Origin: Callorhinchus milii
Taxonomy: Eukaryota
DNA: 64,000 nucleotides
NCBI RefSeq assembly: GCF_018977255.1
Contig: NW_024704743.1
Coordinates: forward strand, 86,058,001-86,122,000
Reading direction: 5' to 3'
Below are positions 63,321-64,000 of the stretch, in pieces (position 1 is the first letter of the stretch; each line of letters opens with the position of its first letter). The position numbers and the translations under genes were made by a program. The notes below the pieces were generated by a model. It was not told the DNA's origin. It saw nothing but the letters and a program-made list of their open reading frames with translations, and did no database searches.

Positions 63321-63352
63321 TCACACCTTTCCTAATAATATATTTCTTGTAG

Positions 63353-63462
63353 GTGCTCGTGAATGATTTTTTCTTGGTGGCTTGCCTCGAGGACTTCATT
63401 GAGAATGCTCGTCTCTTCATCTTTGAGACTTTCTGCCGGATTCATCAATGCATCAGCATCAG
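63353..63462 (+). CDS. EIF3E: EIF3E coding exon (exon 10 equivalent, 110 nt); the gene continues beyond the window
   Basis: tttcttgtag|GTG...AG|gtatag; translates [36 protein letters not shown]. Confidence 0.97.
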
Positions 63463-63629
63463 GTATAGAAAAAATTACAAAATGTATCTTCCAAGAGTTG
63501 TTTCTATTAGGAAGATGGCAAACAGAGCAATAAAGGCTTATTGAGTTGTTACTGTAATTCTATGGGGAATGAATTTGTATCAGAGTAAATGAAGCCCTTT
63601 TAAATGATCAGTCCAACAGACACTGTTAT

Positions 63630-63835
63630 AATAATCCTTGCATTTCATATAGTACAGTATCTTGTCTTCATCCATGTCTCAAAGCACTTCACAGTATTTT
63701 TACTGTAGTGACTGTGTATTTGTCTAATGTGGCAGTTAATACCTCACAGCAATAGGCCCACAAATACCATTAAGTGAATGACAAAGATTATTCATAGGAT
63801 ACTTCGCCAGGACATCAGGAGAAACTCCCTTCTAT
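63630..63835 (-). mobile_element. Degraded Deu-type SINE 3' fragment
   Basis: ataatccttgcattt tail (reverse) and gccaggacatcaggagaaactcccttct. Confidence 0.6.
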
Positions 63836-64000
63836 TACTCTGTTTCTGCCATTCATTGGTTATTAGTTCTCTAACTTTATTGAATTCAGGCAAAATTCAA
63901 ATGAATATGTTTTTTTAAATTCCTATATACATCTAAGAATATGACTTGTCGAACATTTGTAAAGTAAAAAGTATGTTTCAACTGTGGAATTTGTTATCCT

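Overview
This is vertebrate nuclear DNA, not prokaryotic. The window lies entirely inside the EIF3E gene (eIF3 subunit e / INT6) on the + strand. It carries seven consecutive coding exons of 43, 105, 126, 125, 127, 102 and 110 nt, equivalent to human exons 4-10 as I recall them. All have GT-AG sites and splice into one open frame of 738 nt. The rest (about 99%) is intron, rich in transposable elements: a young tRNA(Ala-TGC-like) SINE in two structural variants, older Deu-domain SINEs, AmnSINE2-like relics, L2 and CR1 LINE fragments, and Tigger/pogo-like MITEs. The repeat content points to a cartilaginous fish, probably a chimaera (inference). Nearly all ORFs in the supplied track are chance ORFs or TE remnants. 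I found no new protein-coding system. The best leads are: (i) two inverted CR1 copies flanking exon 8 that share a 247-bp identical tract carrying the same disabling mutations; (ii) a 224-bp, about 96% identical inverted repeat of non-TE-looking sequence in intron 8; (iii) three candidate poison or micro-exons in a gene linked to NMD; (iv) nested insertions with templated-repair scars; and (v) small hairpins and palindromes. All TE family names come from recalled consensus features and need a Dfam/Repbase check.
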